This document shows, in pieces, positions 11,401 through 21,628 of a stretch of 63,105 nucleotides of DNA (its first letter is position 1; each line of letters starts with the position of its first letter). The notes under the pieces were generated by a model. It made no database searches. It saw only the letters and a program-made list of their open reading frames with translations, and was not told the origin of the DNA. The DNA comes from a virus (taxonomy: Duplodnaviria; Caudoviricetes), in IMG/VR virus record IMGVR_UViG_3300036831_000039, positions 1 through 63,105 of that record. The stretch is one strand, 5' to 3'. The position numbers and the translations under genes are program-made.

Positions 11401-12373
11401 GGATAATGGAACAGCAATTAATTGGCATCTAGGAACTCCAGCATTTGATGCTCAGGATAGACGCGCAAAGAAACGTTGGGGGGATTTTGCATTCAAATCT
11501 TTCCCCGATAATTCTACAATTAATCTTGCACTTAAATATAATAACTACTCTTCTGCTGGTACCATATCACCGGCAACAATCACAGGAGCACAAGAAATTA
11601 TTAGCGTTCATGACATTAATTCTGGGGTAGGCACCGAACAATATAATGCCGCCCTTGATATTACAGGAGCCATTAGCGGTAATGCCCCCAAATTGTACTG
11701 GTGGGAGCCTTCTTATATTTACCGGCCAGAAGATAGTTTTCTACGTGGTACTGATTGGGACGATTTAGGATTAGATAGTGACAAATATATTTATGGTCTT
11801 CATATCACTACCAATACTCAAGGACTTTCTAGAACTGTACGACTTGAATATGATGGCGGACAGTTAGGAGCACTATTAACTATTAATCACAATGGATATC
11901 TTACTAATCCTTATCCATTTGATCCGTTCATTGCCCGAAGAATACGATTCTTGCCAACTGATCCTAATTCATGGCAGGAGTTTAAGTACCAAATTGTGTT
12001 TGAACCGGAGCCGCCACTAGTAGCACAGTGGGGCCCTAGTCAGCAAACATCTTTTGGATATGATGGGTATTTTCATTTACGAGAAGCTTATATAACTCTT
12101 ACCAATTCTGCGCCAGTTACTTTGACCATAACTCGGGCAGATGATGGTCAACAGTTTACATATACTATTCCCCCTGGCACTAGGAAAAAGACCTATCTAC
12201 AGCTAAATCCGATTAAAGCCAAAGGAATTTATTTTGAGATGACTTCTAGTGCTAACTTTAGGGTATATAAAGACGATATAGCTTTCATGGTTAAGCCATG
12301 GGCTAGCCAGCAACAGTTTAGACTTATCTCGCCATTTGGATTCTCTCATGGTGGTGGAGAGGCTAAGATTTAA
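8435..12373 (+). CDS. Tail nozzle/tubular protein B-like protein (1312 aa)
   Basis: LENIR..GSVQPRPG start, beta-propeller-like C-terminal half, RAKKRW motif, position. Confidence 0.6.
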   Translation: MAEERFKRVTNRFYCRGIDLNNPLDSIRDNYFPILENIRSYQDGSVQPRPGLTLIGSVITGQTPVHSIRRLNDPKNSTWARIVGAGTGLAYGQTSFTQAQYNSSNVVFSGDPLTMVPFRPDQSTDSWMYIADSLAAYKIRRDGVVHKIGVAPPTVTPIAELDRPLFDKLLNFQSTTGWTSDGTVCPGTGFWTTPNRINTTTTKVIYDSGVNGWCCIVPASMSNIGVGSLLDVTYAGPSTETVIVYEAFRGSSATTIASVAWDDGSVGPGMCTIRPANSLNEIKRNAVILINGTIYSRITDVISGPDGSIAFRCSNPAFGIGISIQVINSFRVYSLGGFAANGGDVLAQKDLSFGILATGTGYIQNNTALDLTKMSVSLSSTGGALYDDDYIHIAFKCSDLSKLTQGRIMFNCDATDTTFAQNYYYRSFTPNDLLLAAKGTLTSLDTQTVAINNNTIDTTQLRSGPILSGKNDSNVDNLLADADQRLANLPQNRKKTGDVDPNSPNTAGTTRSQTATGDNQWSEIRFKRADLQRVGTANRGYADITGFRLELTISALAVTIDVNSLTIWGSSEPDTGDIGEPYQYRYRYRVSSTGACSNFSPANFSGVNALRTQVIVAMTASTAPEVDKIDIERRGGTSTEWTFIGTVSNSVHQFTDTISDDAAIGNAPLSDGDTNFQPWPVRLAPISVTASIVGGCVIKTLSALPTGLLKGTAITVNGIATTFRRMLSAGVYELSDSIGNTTGGVTVEVPEPVITSPLSALWGPWKGRALACGDDNNPGTLYISNGNNFDSTLDILTLEITSPSEPLINGCEFNGRCYVFSSERMFEIEQIGDNQFIYSEVPNAKGLWSRWALAVGSRIFFEGKDGLYGTMGGPPISITDQTLFPLFPNEGNLGVSVNGFNPPNVISGQEKYHRVSYYDNYVYFDYKDTQGGYRSLMFTADSSEPGWYPDVYTPGVSFHYGEEGKGVHSILCGGTDTTTGNLYQLSGTSDNGTAINWHLGTPAFDAQDRRAKKRWGDFAFKSFPDNSTINLALKYNNYSSAGTISPATITGAQEIISVHDINSGVGTEQYNAALDITGAISGNAPKLYWWEPSYIYRPEDSFLRGTDWDDLGLDSDKYIYGLHITTNTQGLSRTVRLEYDGGQLGALLTINHNGYLTNPYPFDPFIARRIRFLPTDPNSWQEFKYQIVFEPEPPLVAQWGPSQQTSFGYDGYFHLREAYITLTNSAPVTLTITRADDGQQFTYTIPPGTRKKTYLQLNPIKAKGIYFEMTSSANFRVYKDDIAFMVKPWASQQQFRLISPFGFSHGGGEAKI

Positions 12374-13257
12374 TGGCTATTTCTGAATATGATGTAAGGG
12401 TATCAATTCAGGATGTAGAGGATAAAACTCTACTAGCTAGATCTCTACAAAAAATAACCAATGTATTACGAACTATTGGGGGAAAAGTAGATACATTATC
12501 ATCAACTAATAATGGTAGTTCTTCTAGTAATAATTTATCTATTCCCCAAATTAAGTCAGAATTACAGTCTGGAGGCTCTAGTCCGCTTAACGTAGAAGGC
12601 TTATTGGGGCATTTGGCACAAGCCCAATCAGCGGGATTGGCAGTATATTCCTCTGTGCCTAGTAGCGCGGTAATTCAAACTCTTAAGAGCGACCAATTAG
12701 TGCTTATAGAAGGAACTCCAGACACTCTTAAGCGGGTCGTAGCCGGGGCTCCATCTACGCTTAAAGACGTTAATGTAGCCTCTGCGGGGCCATCTAATAT
12801 GGTCACCACTGATACAGTACAAACTATAACTGGAGCTAAAACATTTGGCACTCCACCTATAGGAACGCAATATAACAGTATTCTTACTGGTAATAGCTCT
12901 AACACTGCTATTGTGGCATCTACGACTGCTTATATGCCTATAAGTGGTCCTCAAATTCCTACAATGTCTGATGTTGTGGCCGGAATTACTGAAGTAATCC
13001 CTATTGCTGGAACTATTAAAAATCTTTATGTTAAATTAGATACTAATATTGTTGGATCTGTTACTATAACTGTAATGAAGAATACGACTTCGACAATTCT
13101 AACAACTACAGTTTCCGGTGCTACAGATAATAACCATAATATTACTGACACAGTTTCTATTACTGCCGGAGATACATTAAGTGTTAGAATAGTCACTGAC
13201 GGATCAGCAGCCTCTTGTAAATACACGTGGGGAATTATATTTATTGGGACTATTTAA
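12373..13257 (+). CDS. Tail-associated fibre/adaptor protein
   Basis: VTTDTVQTITGAKTF fibre motif and C-terminal beta-sandwich-like region. Confidence 0.55.
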   Translation: MAISEYDVRVSIQDVEDKTLLARSLQKITNVLRTIGGKVDTLSSTNNGSSSSNNLSIPQIKSELQSGGSSPLNVEGLLGHLAQAQSAGLAVYSSVPSSAVIQTLKSDQLVLIEGTPDTLKRVVAGAPSTLKDVNVASAGPSNMVTTDTVQTITGAKTFGTPPIGTQYNSILTGNSSNTAIVASTTAYMPISGPQIPTMSDVVAGITEVIPIAGTIKNLYVKLDTNIVGSVTITVMKNTTSTILTTTVSGATDNNHNITDTVSITAGDTLSVRIVTDGSAASCKYTWGIIFIGTI

Positions 13258-14838
13258 ATGAAAAAATTTATACTTACATTATTTGTTATAGTTTTTCCAC
13301 TTTCACTCCAAGCTACCACATTTGGTAAGTGGCAGGGATACGCCGAGAGGGGCGGATCACAGGTTAGTGTGTCAGGATTTCTAAGTAGCACTAAGGTTCA
13401 ACAGTCATTTCCAGGAGCTACTGAAACCGTATATCTTACCGGAACAACCACTATTGCTACTATCTACAGTGATGCCGGAGTAACTCTTAAAAGTAATCCA
13501 TTTACAGTAGACTCTACTGGATTTGGATATTTTTACATAGATAATTCTATTTCGTTCGATATTAAATTTAGCGGTACAGGTATTTCTGTTCCATTTACGC
13601 TATCCAATATTACTCTGTCTAACGGAGTCCTTCCCGCAGTTCCGTCTATTATAGATTATGGGGCTATAAATGATGGAAGAACCCTAACAGGAACAGTAAA
13701 TAGCGGTATTGCTACCCTTAATTTAACTTCTGGATCATTTACTAGTGCAGACATAGGAAGGTCTTTTACTGTTCTAGGCGGTGCTGGAGTTGGAGTAGGC
13801 CTAACCGGGACCATTCTATCAATTGGCTCATCCACCTCTGCTACTATTTCTTCAACACCATCTGCTTCAGTATCAAATGCTATGACCTATATAGCTACGG
13901 ATAGCACGTCTGCCATCCAAACTGCACTGGATAATAGCAAAGCTGTAACTATTCCAGCAGGAGCGTTTGGATTCACTCGGCTAAGGCTTCATTATGGCCA
14001 AAGCATTAATGGAGCTGGTATAGGAAGTTCAACACTTCTACGAATTGGACTAGGCGCAGGGGGCCCTGCGATTTCTATGGTTGGCGGAAGTGATATAGCA
14101 CAAGAGCTTAAACTATCTAATTTTTCAGTGCGTTGTGGTCAGATAGGAACAGGACTTGATGGAATTAATCTAGGGTATGAAGTAGCAGGCGGCGGATTTG
14201 CGTTCGGATCTATTATCGAAAATGTTAAAGTCTGGAGTGCGTCCGGATTTGCGTTTAATCTAGCATCCAATGCTGGAATTGTCCGCAATATATGGGCAGA
14301 AAATCAAAACTCTGGCTCACAATCTACTGCTGGTGGATTCAAAGTTACAGTAACAAATTTATATGCGGATATTCTTGGTGTTGAAGGATTTTATCCAGCA
14401 GGCCCATATATATTGAATGCCTCAGGCTCATCAACGTACAAAAATATTCAATCTCAGCTTCAGGGTACTTATGCTACTACTGATGTTGTAAGTATAGGCG
14501 TAACTGGCACTGTTATAGATGGGCTATACCTTTTTGGTGGAGGCACGTATCGGGATGTAGTGCGCATTCTTGGAGGCCAGCAGTTCACAGAGCTTCGACG
14601 ATTAAACGTAGACCCTACGCACCCGGCTTATACTAATTTGGTTAATGATATTCCTAATGGTCGAACATATACTTCGGCAGTAGCTCACTTATCACGCTAT
14701 GTTCAGGCTGCGGATGGTTCTCCAGACACAGCCGCATATCCAGTGTTTGCTGATAATGCAAGTGCATTGGCCGCAGGATATATTAGTGGGGGAATTTATC
14801 GTACATCAACAGGTGAACTTCGTATTGTAGTTCCATAA
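13258..14838 (+). CDS. Tailspike/beta-helix depolymerase-like protein with N-terminal signal peptide
   Basis: ATIYSD..SNPFT head-binding motif; DYGA..DG and DSTSAIQTALD..VTIPAG pectate-lyase-3-like motifs; starts MKKFILTLFVIVFPLSLQA. Confidence 0.7.
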   Translation: MKKFILTLFVIVFPLSLQATTFGKWQGYAERGGSQVSVSGFLSSTKVQQSFPGATETVYLTGTTTIATIYSDAGVTLKSNPFTVDSTGFGYFYIDNSISFDIKFSGTGISVPFTLSNITLSNGVLPAVPSIIDYGAINDGRTLTGTVNSGIATLNLTSGSFTSADIGRSFTVLGGAGVGVGLTGTILSIGSSTSATISSTPSASVSNAMTYIATDSTSAIQTALDNSKAVTIPAGAFGFTRLRLHYGQSINGAGIGSSTLLRIGLGAGGPAISMVGGSDIAQELKLSNFSVRCGQIGTGLDGINLGYEVAGGGFAFGSIIENVKVWSASGFAFNLASNAGIVRNIWAENQNSGSQSTAGGFKVTVTNLYADILGVEGFYPAGPYILNASGSSTYKNIQSQLQGTYATTDVVSIGVTGTVIDGLYLFGGGTYRDVVRILGGQQFTELRRLNVDPTHPAYTNLVNDIPNGRTYTSAVAHLSRYVQAADGSPDTAAYPVFADNASALAAGYISGGIYRTSTGELRIVVP

Positions 14839-14852
14839 TAGAAAGGAATAAT

Positions 14853-15215
14853 GTGGCAACCAGAATATTACCGCCAGAAGAGTATTACAAACTAGAGCCA
14901 ATAGTTAAAAAATTGTTTGGTGAGGATAAACTTCCGCCTACCCCAGATATGTGCTTATGTGTGGCTGTAGAAGAAAGACATGGGGAAATAATAGGGTTTT
15001 TACCACTACAATTAATTCCGCATTTAGAGCCATTTGGGAGCTTAGGTGGGGCAAGTTTTGGGGAATTAAGGCAGGAAGTAGATAAATTCGTAAGTGCTGC
15101 TGGATCAATTAGTTACTATGCACATTTTGATAATAATCCTAAAGGGGAATTAATTGCCCTAAATAATGGATTTAATCCAGTCGGTATGCTATACTGTGGA
15201 ATCTCTAAAGGCTAG
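14853..15215 (+). CDS. GNAT-fold-like virion assembly protein
   Basis: VAVEERHGEIIGF and NNGF patterns; position before ejection proteins as in many podoviruses. Confidence 0.4.
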   Translation: MATRILPPEEYYKLEPIVKKLFGEDKLPPTPDMCLCVAVEERHGEIIGFLPLQLIPHLEPFGSLGGASFGELRQEVDKFVSAAGSISYYAHFDNNPKGELIALNNGFNPVGMLYCGISKG

Positions 15216-15241
15216 TATTTGGGTGTCGGGAGGGAGTGTAA

Positions 15242-16015
15242 ATGGCATGGATTGCCCCGGTAATTGGCGCAGTAGCTAGCCTATATAGCTCTTATAAGTC
15301 CAATCAACAGCAGAAATCTGCGCAGCAATTGCAGCAGAATTCTATAAATCAACAGCAGGATATTCTTAACCAGACCTCTCCGTATGCAAAGCAGTATATG
15401 CAGATGGGGATGAATTCGATTACTCCTGCACAGAACTACTACTCCTCTCTACTTTCCGGTAATCGCTACTTGATGCAGGAAACTCTTGCGCCAGAGCTTA
15501 ACTCAATGGCCAAGAGATATTCTGGCTCGATGTCGGCGGCTAGATCCCTATATCCACGAGGTGGAATGGGGCTGGCCCAAGCTGCACAGCTACCCTATGA
15601 TTACAATTCTCAAGTGAGTAATGCTATGTTTGGCGCTAGACGAGATGCGGCTGGTCAAATGGCTAATATGGGTACTCAGCTTAGCGGACTAGGGCTAAAC
15701 GCGTATGGGTTAAATGCAAATATTGGCAATAATAACCTAGATGCTGCTATGAGGTTACGACAGATAGCGTCTAATCAAGGGCAGCAAGCCGGACAAGGGT
15801 TCTTTGGAGCACTACAGCAGTTCCAGAATTGGTATCAGAATTATGGGAGTAATAACAACAACAATAGTAATCCATCGTCACTACCCTATGGAAATGTAAA
15901 TGGTGGAACATATCCACCTAATAATTGGACTCCGTATGGTAATCCAGGAAGTTCAAATATGGGAGGAAGTTCTCCAACTCCCAATCCATATTCATTCTCT
16001 CAGCCGGGGCAATAA
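15242..16015 (+). CDS. Internal virion/ejection protein
   Basis: Hydrophobic N-terminus followed by Q/N/G/A-rich helical sequence. Confidence 0.6.
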   Translation: MAWIAPVIGAVASLYSSYKSNQQQKSAQQLQQNSINQQQDILNQTSPYAKQYMQMGMNSITPAQNYYSSLLSGNRYLMQETLAPELNSMAKRYSGSMSAARSLYPRGGMGLAQAAQLPYDYNSQVSNAMFGARRDAAGQMANMGTQLSGLGLNAYGLNANIGNNNLDAAMRLRQIASNQGQQAGQGFFGALQQFQNWYQNYGSNNNNNSNPSSLPYGNVNGGTYPPNNWTPYGNPGSSNMGGSSPTPNPYSFSQPGQ

Positions 16016-18061
16016 ATGAGTTTATTTGGTAATATTGGAAATTTTCTAGGGGGCATTATGGGCTCCCCTGATGCTGCTCGTGGATTTGCGTCTGCTAATG
16101 CGGAATTCCAGCAAAAACGTCTGGAAGCCAAACAGCAGCGCTTTCAAAATATGGCTGAAATGTATTCGAATCTTGCTAAATCTACCGCTGATCCTGATCT
16201 AGCTAACGAGTTTGGTAGCAGAGCATTTCAATTTGCGAACGCAGACCCATACGATCCTAAAAGTCTTAAGACACTATCTAAGCTTGGCGATGTTAATCAG
16301 GTATATGAGGATCATTACCAGAAGAAATTGGCTAATCCTCAGCCACAGACCCCTCCACGGGATGAGTATGATGTACAGAACTTCATTGGCCCTGAGCCTA
16401 ATACTTATGATGTTCATGGACGGGTAACGCCTCAGCATGAAATATACGAGAAGGAACGTGCCACAATTGAACCTGCGACTACTCAGCTTAGAATGCGCCA
16501 GAAGCTTATTCAGGGGGCTCTTAGCAATCTTAGATCAAGGGGTGTAGATCCGGATAGCCCAGAGGGTGAACTAGAGCAGAATGTGGCTCTTAGAGGGGCA
16601 GGGATCAATGAAGCTACTCCTACATTTAGGCCGTATCCTACTACCCTCCCTGATGCAAATGGGCATAGACAGCCCGTATTGCTAATGTATGGCAGCCGGA
16701 GTGGTAAGTTCTACATGACCGGCCCTGATGGAAAGAGTACAGAAGTTCATCCTGATATGCCTACTCCACAAGTTAAAGTAGGGCCAGATGGGACAGTGTA
16801 TCCAATTTATTCAGGCGTTGTCGGCGCCCCAACAGGAAATGTAGGCGCTCAGACCGGGACAACTACATCTACTTCTACTACAGTTAATCCTATTACTAAT
16901 ACTACTACTACAGGCAGAACTACCGGGAAAGTTTTCTCTCCAGGTAAGGTAGGTGCGACCCCTATACAGTCACAACCACAGACTCAAGCCGTGCCTGGAA
17001 TGCCCCAAGTTTCTCCAATGTCCAATATGGCTATTCCAGCCCCAATTAGTAGTTCAATTAGTGGCATACATGGAACTTCCCCCGTTACTATGAGGGCATC
17101 TGCTCAAATGCCTCCACAAGGCCCCACAGCTCCCGTCAGCGGTCCTCCAACGTCTACTCCTACGCCGCCTATTGATTGGGAACGTATGGCCGTAGAAGCG
17201 CCTACAACGGACGCTAGAACAGTAGCTGATTATGTATTGAATCCGGAGAAATGGAACGAAGCGCCTAAAAATCAGGCCGCGTATAGAACATTATTCCAGA
17301 CATATAATTTGCCGGTTAACGGGCCTAATAGCAAAGTGCTTACTCAAGAGGGTAAACGTGCTAGAGCCATTCGGGATGGTATCGAGTCACTACAACATGT
17401 AAGAGAGTTAATTAATTCCACCGATGGTACTATTACAGGAACTATAGCGGGCCGGTGGATTAAGGCTATGAATGAGGTAGGCTCCGATAAAGGAATGGCT
17501 GCCACGTTCAAGAACTCTATTTTCCATCCTGATTTAGGATCATGGAATGACGGACCTAATCCACAGACATTAGCTAAATTTGCTCAAGACGCTAATCCTG
17601 GAGCTAATCCGGCTCAGGTTAATCAATTAGTTACTAGAGCATCGGATCTTATTACTAGTCTTAGAATTTTCAATATTACTGAATTACGGGCGCTATCAGG
17701 AGCCTCACAGGGTATTTCTAGGCTATTCCAGATGATTGCACCTGCGATGGCCGATCCTAAAATGGACCCAGGTATTATGAACGGGCATTTGCTGGCACTA
17801 CAGCGTAATTTCTTGGATAGTTATAAGAATATTTATACCGATGTATGGGGCCCTAAAATTCCTTATGCGCCTGGCAAAGAAATTATGGGACAGCTTAGAT
17901 TTTACCCTTCTACTGAGCAGAAAATTGGTATGCTCATGAAAGAGGGCGGGCTCAATAGAAATGATGCGGTATTTGAACTCTGGAAAAGAGGGAAATTGTC
18001 TGGTCCAGAGGATAAAGTTTACGATACTAAATTCGGTAAGCTTCCAACTTATACTCCGTAA
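16016..18061 (+). CDS. Internal virion/ejection protein
   Basis: Position and size; Gly-rich N-terminus and Pro/Thr linker. Confidence 0.55.
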   Translation: MSLFGNIGNFLGGIMGSPDAARGFASANAEFQQKRLEAKQQRFQNMAEMYSNLAKSTADPDLANEFGSRAFQFANADPYDPKSLKTLSKLGDVNQVYEDHYQKKLANPQPQTPPRDEYDVQNFIGPEPNTYDVHGRVTPQHEIYEKERATIEPATTQLRMRQKLIQGALSNLRSRGVDPDSPEGELEQNVALRGAGINEATPTFRPYPTTLPDANGHRQPVLLMYGSRSGKFYMTGPDGKSTEVHPDMPTPQVKVGPDGTVYPIYSGVVGAPTGNVGAQTGTTTSTSTTVNPITNTTTTGRTTGKVFSPGKVGATPIQSQPQTQAVPGMPQVSPMSNMAIPAPISSSISGIHGTSPVTMRASAQMPPQGPTAPVSGPPTSTPTPPIDWERMAVEAPTTDARTVADYVLNPEKWNEAPKNQAAYRTLFQTYNLPVNGPNSKVLTQEGKRARAIRDGIESLQHVRELINSTDGTITGTIAGRWIKAMNEVGSDKGMAATFKNSIFHPDLGSWNDGPNPQTLAKFAQDANPGANPAQVNQLVTRASDLITSLRIFNITELRALSGASQGISRLFQMIAPAMADPKMDPGIMNGHLLALQRNFLDSYKNIYTDVWGPKIPYAPGKEIMGQLRFYPSTEQKIGMLMKEGGLNRNDAVFELWKRGKLSGPEDKVYDTKFGKLPTYTP

Positions 18062-18072
18062 AGGAATATTAA

Positions 18073-20370
18073 ATGCCTGATTTGGATGCACTAATTAACG
18101 ATATTGATAAAAGAGCTACTACTGTGGCTGCTCCTAAAACGGGCCCGTCTCAATATGAGAGAGAGTCTGCGAGAAATTATGTGCCACAATCTGCTACAGG
18201 AGCGTTCCTAGACCAGCTTGGAATTGAGCATTCTACGCCATGGAGCGGAGTAAGTAATGCTGGTAAATTCTATGGCGGAATGGGTAAATCACTAGTCGTA
18301 GATCCACTAGTTTCTGCTGGTAGAATGTTGGCTGATCCAGTATCGGGAGTACAGGGGATTATAGATTCCCATAAAGCACAATTTGATAAAGCCGCTACTG
18401 ATATTAATTCCGGGCATCCTGTAAAGGCCTTCGGTCATACTCTAGCGGGCTCAGTACCGCTTGTAGGACCGTTTGTAGGGGATCTAGCAGATAAGATTGG
18501 CACTCAGGATACACTATCGGGCGCCGGCGGTATAGCAGGGGCTATGTTGCCAATGTTTAAGGGCGGCAGGGGAGCTCTGAATGAAGCCACATTGCCAGGA
18601 GCTAGGCGGGCTGCTGCGGAGAGATTAGCATCCTCTGGAGCGGGCGTAGATCGTATTGGAGATTATGGCTCAGCTCCGGCTAGTGCGATCGTAGATAATA
18701 CAGGACTAGCTATGAGTGGGGAAGGCCGTCTTAATCAAATTACAGCGGCTAAGAATGCTAAATTAAACGCTGTACGATCACTTATTAATTCTCCAGAAAT
18801 GACCGCTCGCCCATCACAAATGTTTGATGCTATTAACAGTGCGGCTGATAATGTTAGATCGTTTATTACCAAACCGGCTGCATTAGAAGAGCTAGAATCT
18901 CTGCGCCAGAAAGCTATTAATAGAAGTATTACTACTAGCTTTGATGGGAAAGGTACCCATTTTCCTGATGGTGTACTGGATATGCGCCAGTGGGCTGATA
19001 AAGGAATTAATGGTAAATTTGGTGCTGATACTGCGTCTATTTCTAAGCAATTCTATCAGTCTTTACGAGGAAATCTTAAGGACCAATTAAATAAAATAGC
19101 GCCAGAAGTTGCACCGCTTAATAATGAAGTTCATAGTTTAATTGATGCTGAGGAGCAGGCTACTAGAAGATTTAATTCTGATGGTAAAAAGCCTGTAGTT
19201 AATACTAGCAGCATTCCTGCAATGGTTAAGTCTCTTATTCCAGGGAAAACTCTAGCGTCTACCACAGCGCAGAAATTACTTAGTCTAGGTACTAAAGAGG
19301 CTCCGAATGTGCCACTTCATGATGTGCCTATGATAATGGGGGATAGGACTCCGAATACCTGGATTAATGGCGGAGATTTCAGAAATCCTAAGCTTGCAGC
19401 GCCTGTTATTAGTTCAGAGGGTTCTTATAATTTACCAAAAATTTCTGATCAAGAATTGTATAACATCTGGTCAAATGATGATCTATCACAAGAAGAGGTT
19501 AATTATAAATTTCACAGTTTGCCTTATCCCGCCCGACAGAGGTATCTAGAGCTAGACAATACTTATGACTCCGCCCTGGCTCACGGAGACACTAATCATC
19601 CGTGGGTTATAAATTATGGAATTCGCCCAGATGAATTTCCTACTAAATATTCGACTAGTGTTCCGACCGGGCCAGTAGGTGGAAATCCGCCAACATATAC
19701 TACTGGTCCAACCGCTGCCGATATTGATCTAGCTCACTCTCAGGGTGGAGTTCTACCAGTATTTGATAATGCCTATTTCCAACGGTCAATTAATTCATTA
19801 AATAATAACCCTATTAATTCACCCTCTAATATAACTAATCCTAGCTTTATAGTAGATACCACCACACCAGCACAGGAATCGTCCCCAATGGTAGCAGGCG
19901 GCGCTAATACTCTCTCGTCTCAGCCTTACAGCACTTATAACAATCCAGCGGCGAATTCCATTCCTGCAGTGCCCGAACGGCCCGCTTTAAAGCCACAAAA
20001 GACTGTTAGATCGGCTTCTCCAACAATTGCAGCCCCAACAATTAATTCCGCTCCAACAGCAGATATTAACCCTAATTCACCATATTCTCCTATGGGAAAA
20101 TCCACAATGGCTGGCGGATATGGATATGGTTCTGCACCAATTAAACCAGAAATTGCTCCACCTCCAACAATTAATTCAGAACAATCTCCGGTATTAGCCC
20201 CTAATTATCGGCCATTAACTGCTGATACATTTCCAGGAGAAAAGGTAATTGTTGATGGATTTCCGTCAACTGTATCTAGTGTTAAGAAAGTTGGTAATAA
20301 AACAGTTGTAAGATATTCCTACAAAGATAAAGGTGGATTTCTTACATTTGATGAAAAAGAGTTTAAATAA
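18073..20370 (+). CDS. Internal virion/ejection protein
   Basis: Gly/Ala-rich N-half and Pro-rich C-half; last large gene before lysis genes. Confidence 0.55.
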   Translation: MPDLDALINDIDKRATTVAAPKTGPSQYERESARNYVPQSATGAFLDQLGIEHSTPWSGVSNAGKFYGGMGKSLVVDPLVSAGRMLADPVSGVQGIIDSHKAQFDKAATDINSGHPVKAFGHTLAGSVPLVGPFVGDLADKIGTQDTLSGAGGIAGAMLPMFKGGRGALNEATLPGARRAAAERLASSGAGVDRIGDYGSAPASAIVDNTGLAMSGEGRLNQITAAKNAKLNAVRSLINSPEMTARPSQMFDAINSAADNVRSFITKPAALEELESLRQKAINRSITTSFDGKGTHFPDGVLDMRQWADKGINGKFGADTASISKQFYQSLRGNLKDQLNKIAPEVAPLNNEVHSLIDAEEQATRRFNSDGKKPVVNTSSIPAMVKSLIPGKTLASTTAQKLLSLGTKEAPNVPLHDVPMIMGDRTPNTWINGGDFRNPKLAAPVISSEGSYNLPKISDQELYNIWSNDDLSQEEVNYKFHSLPYPARQRYLELDNTYDSALAHGDTNHPWVINYGIRPDEFPTKYSTSVPTGPVGGNPPTYTTGPTAADIDLAHSQGGVLPVFDNAYFQRSINSLNNNPINSPSNITNPSFIVDTTTPAQESSPMVAGGANTLSSQPYSTYNNPAANSIPAVPERPALKPQKTVRSASPTIAAPTINSAPTADINPNSPYSPMGKSTMAGGYGYGSAPIKPEIAPPPTINSEQSPVLAPNYRPLTADTFPGEKVIVDGFPSTVSSVKKVGNKTVVRYSYKDKGGFLTFDEKEFK

Positions 20371-20397
20371 TCCTTAGTTCCTAGGAGAGTAGTACCC

Positions 20398-20628
20398 ATG
20401 ACCCTTACCCCTTTAAATGAAAATAGACTTACTCGCCTGGAAACGGTCACTCTCGGAGTTGAGGGTGAAGGCGGTCTTATGAAACGTGTAGCCAAACTAG
20501 AACAGCGCGTAGATGCTATGACTATCCGCATTGTGGTCTTTGCTGGAGTAGGAGTCGCACTTATTTCCAAGGGCACCGAAGTAGGGCTCTCTGTGATTTC
20601 TATGCTTGCGAAACATCTTCTATCATAG
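20398..20628 (+). CDS. Coiled coil plus C-terminal TM protein (holin-like)
   Basis: RLTRLE..GLMKRVAKLE followed by a hydrophobic segment; AGGAG RBS. Confidence 0.45.
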   Translation: MTLTPLNENRLTRLETVTLGVEGEGGLMKRVAKLEQRVDAMTIRIVVFAGVGVALISKGTEVGLSVISMLAKHLLS

Positions 20629-20671
20629 TATTCTCTTCCTTGGCTTTCCAAGAAGATGTGTGCCAAGGATC

Positions 20672-20869
20672 ATGATGACTATTGAAAGAGGAAGTGTTAT
20701 TACTGACTGGAATGAGGTTAGTAGAAGTGTGTACTCTCGACTAGGAGAGATCAGAGAGGAGATGAAGCTGGCTAAACACGATGGAGCCGATTCATGCGTA
20801 ATAGCAACTAATGCCCTGGACTCAGTTGAACAGCTACTAGAAGCCATTAGAATGGACTTTGGGGTATAG
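20672..20869 (+). CDS. Hypothetical protein
   Basis: Likely ATG after AAGGA; stop abuts the next start. Confidence 0.45.
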   Translation: MMTIERGSVITDWNEVSRSVYSRLGEIREEMKLAKHDGADSCVIATNALDSVEQLLEAIRMDFGV

Positions 20870-21628
20870 ATGGCTACTGCGCCTAAAATTCTGTTTATCG
20901 ACATAGAAACCTTTCCACTAGTAACATCTGCGTGGGGCGTGTATGAGGCCAATGCCCTAGAAATCCTAGAGTACCAGCCGATTTGCTGTTTTTCGGCCAA
21001 GTGGCAGAATGGTCCACACATTACCAAAGCTCTTCCAGATTACCCAGGCTACAAGCCATTCTCACGTGATGATGAAGCTATGACAGCCGAACTATGGGAT
21101 CTCATGAATGAGGCTGATATCGTGGTAGCCCATAACGGTGACCAATACGACATCCCGCTCATGAAGGCCCGCTTCGCACGATGGGGCTTCGGCCCTACCT
21201 CTCCTGTAATGTCTATCGATACCAGAAAGATCGCCAAGCGAGTATTTAGATTTGCGTCTAATAAGCTCGATTATATTGGTGATTTCTTTGGAATTGGCAG
21301 AAAAGTTCAGACAGGCGGCTATTCGTTATGGCAGGATTGTATGGCCGGTAAAGAAGCTGCTTGGAAGAAAATGAAAGTGTATAACAAGGCTGATGTAACA
21401 CTGCTAGAGAAGATCTATGATAAGTTTCTACCATGGGTGCCTAATCATCCTAACCGTGCCCTCTTTGATGGTCCCGAAGCCTGCCCGCGTTGCGGAAGCA
21501 CTAACTCGCTCCAAAAGCGGGGAGAAGCTCGCACAGTAAGCCGTGTGTATCAGCGCTACTTCTGCAAGTCTTGCGGCGGATGGAGTCGAGGTACGAAGGC
21601 TCATGGTCCAAAGGTATTAGCCATATGA
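20870..21628 (+). CDS. DnaQ/RNase H-like 3'-5' exonuclease with C-terminal Zn ribbon
   Basis: DIET, HNGDQYD, SNKLD, YNKADV motifs; CPRC...CKSC. Confidence 0.85.
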   Translation: MATAPKILFIDIETFPLVTSAWGVYEANALEILEYQPICCFSAKWQNGPHITKALPDYPGYKPFSRDDEAMTAELWDLMNEADIVVAHNGDQYDIPLMKARFARWGFGPTSPVMSIDTRKIAKRVFRFASNKLDYIGDFFGIGRKVQTGGYSLWQDCMAGKEAAWKKMKVYNKADVTLLEKIYDKFLPWVPNHPNRALFDGPEACPRCGSTNSLQKRGEARTVSRVYQRYFCKSCGGWSRGTKAHGPKVLAI

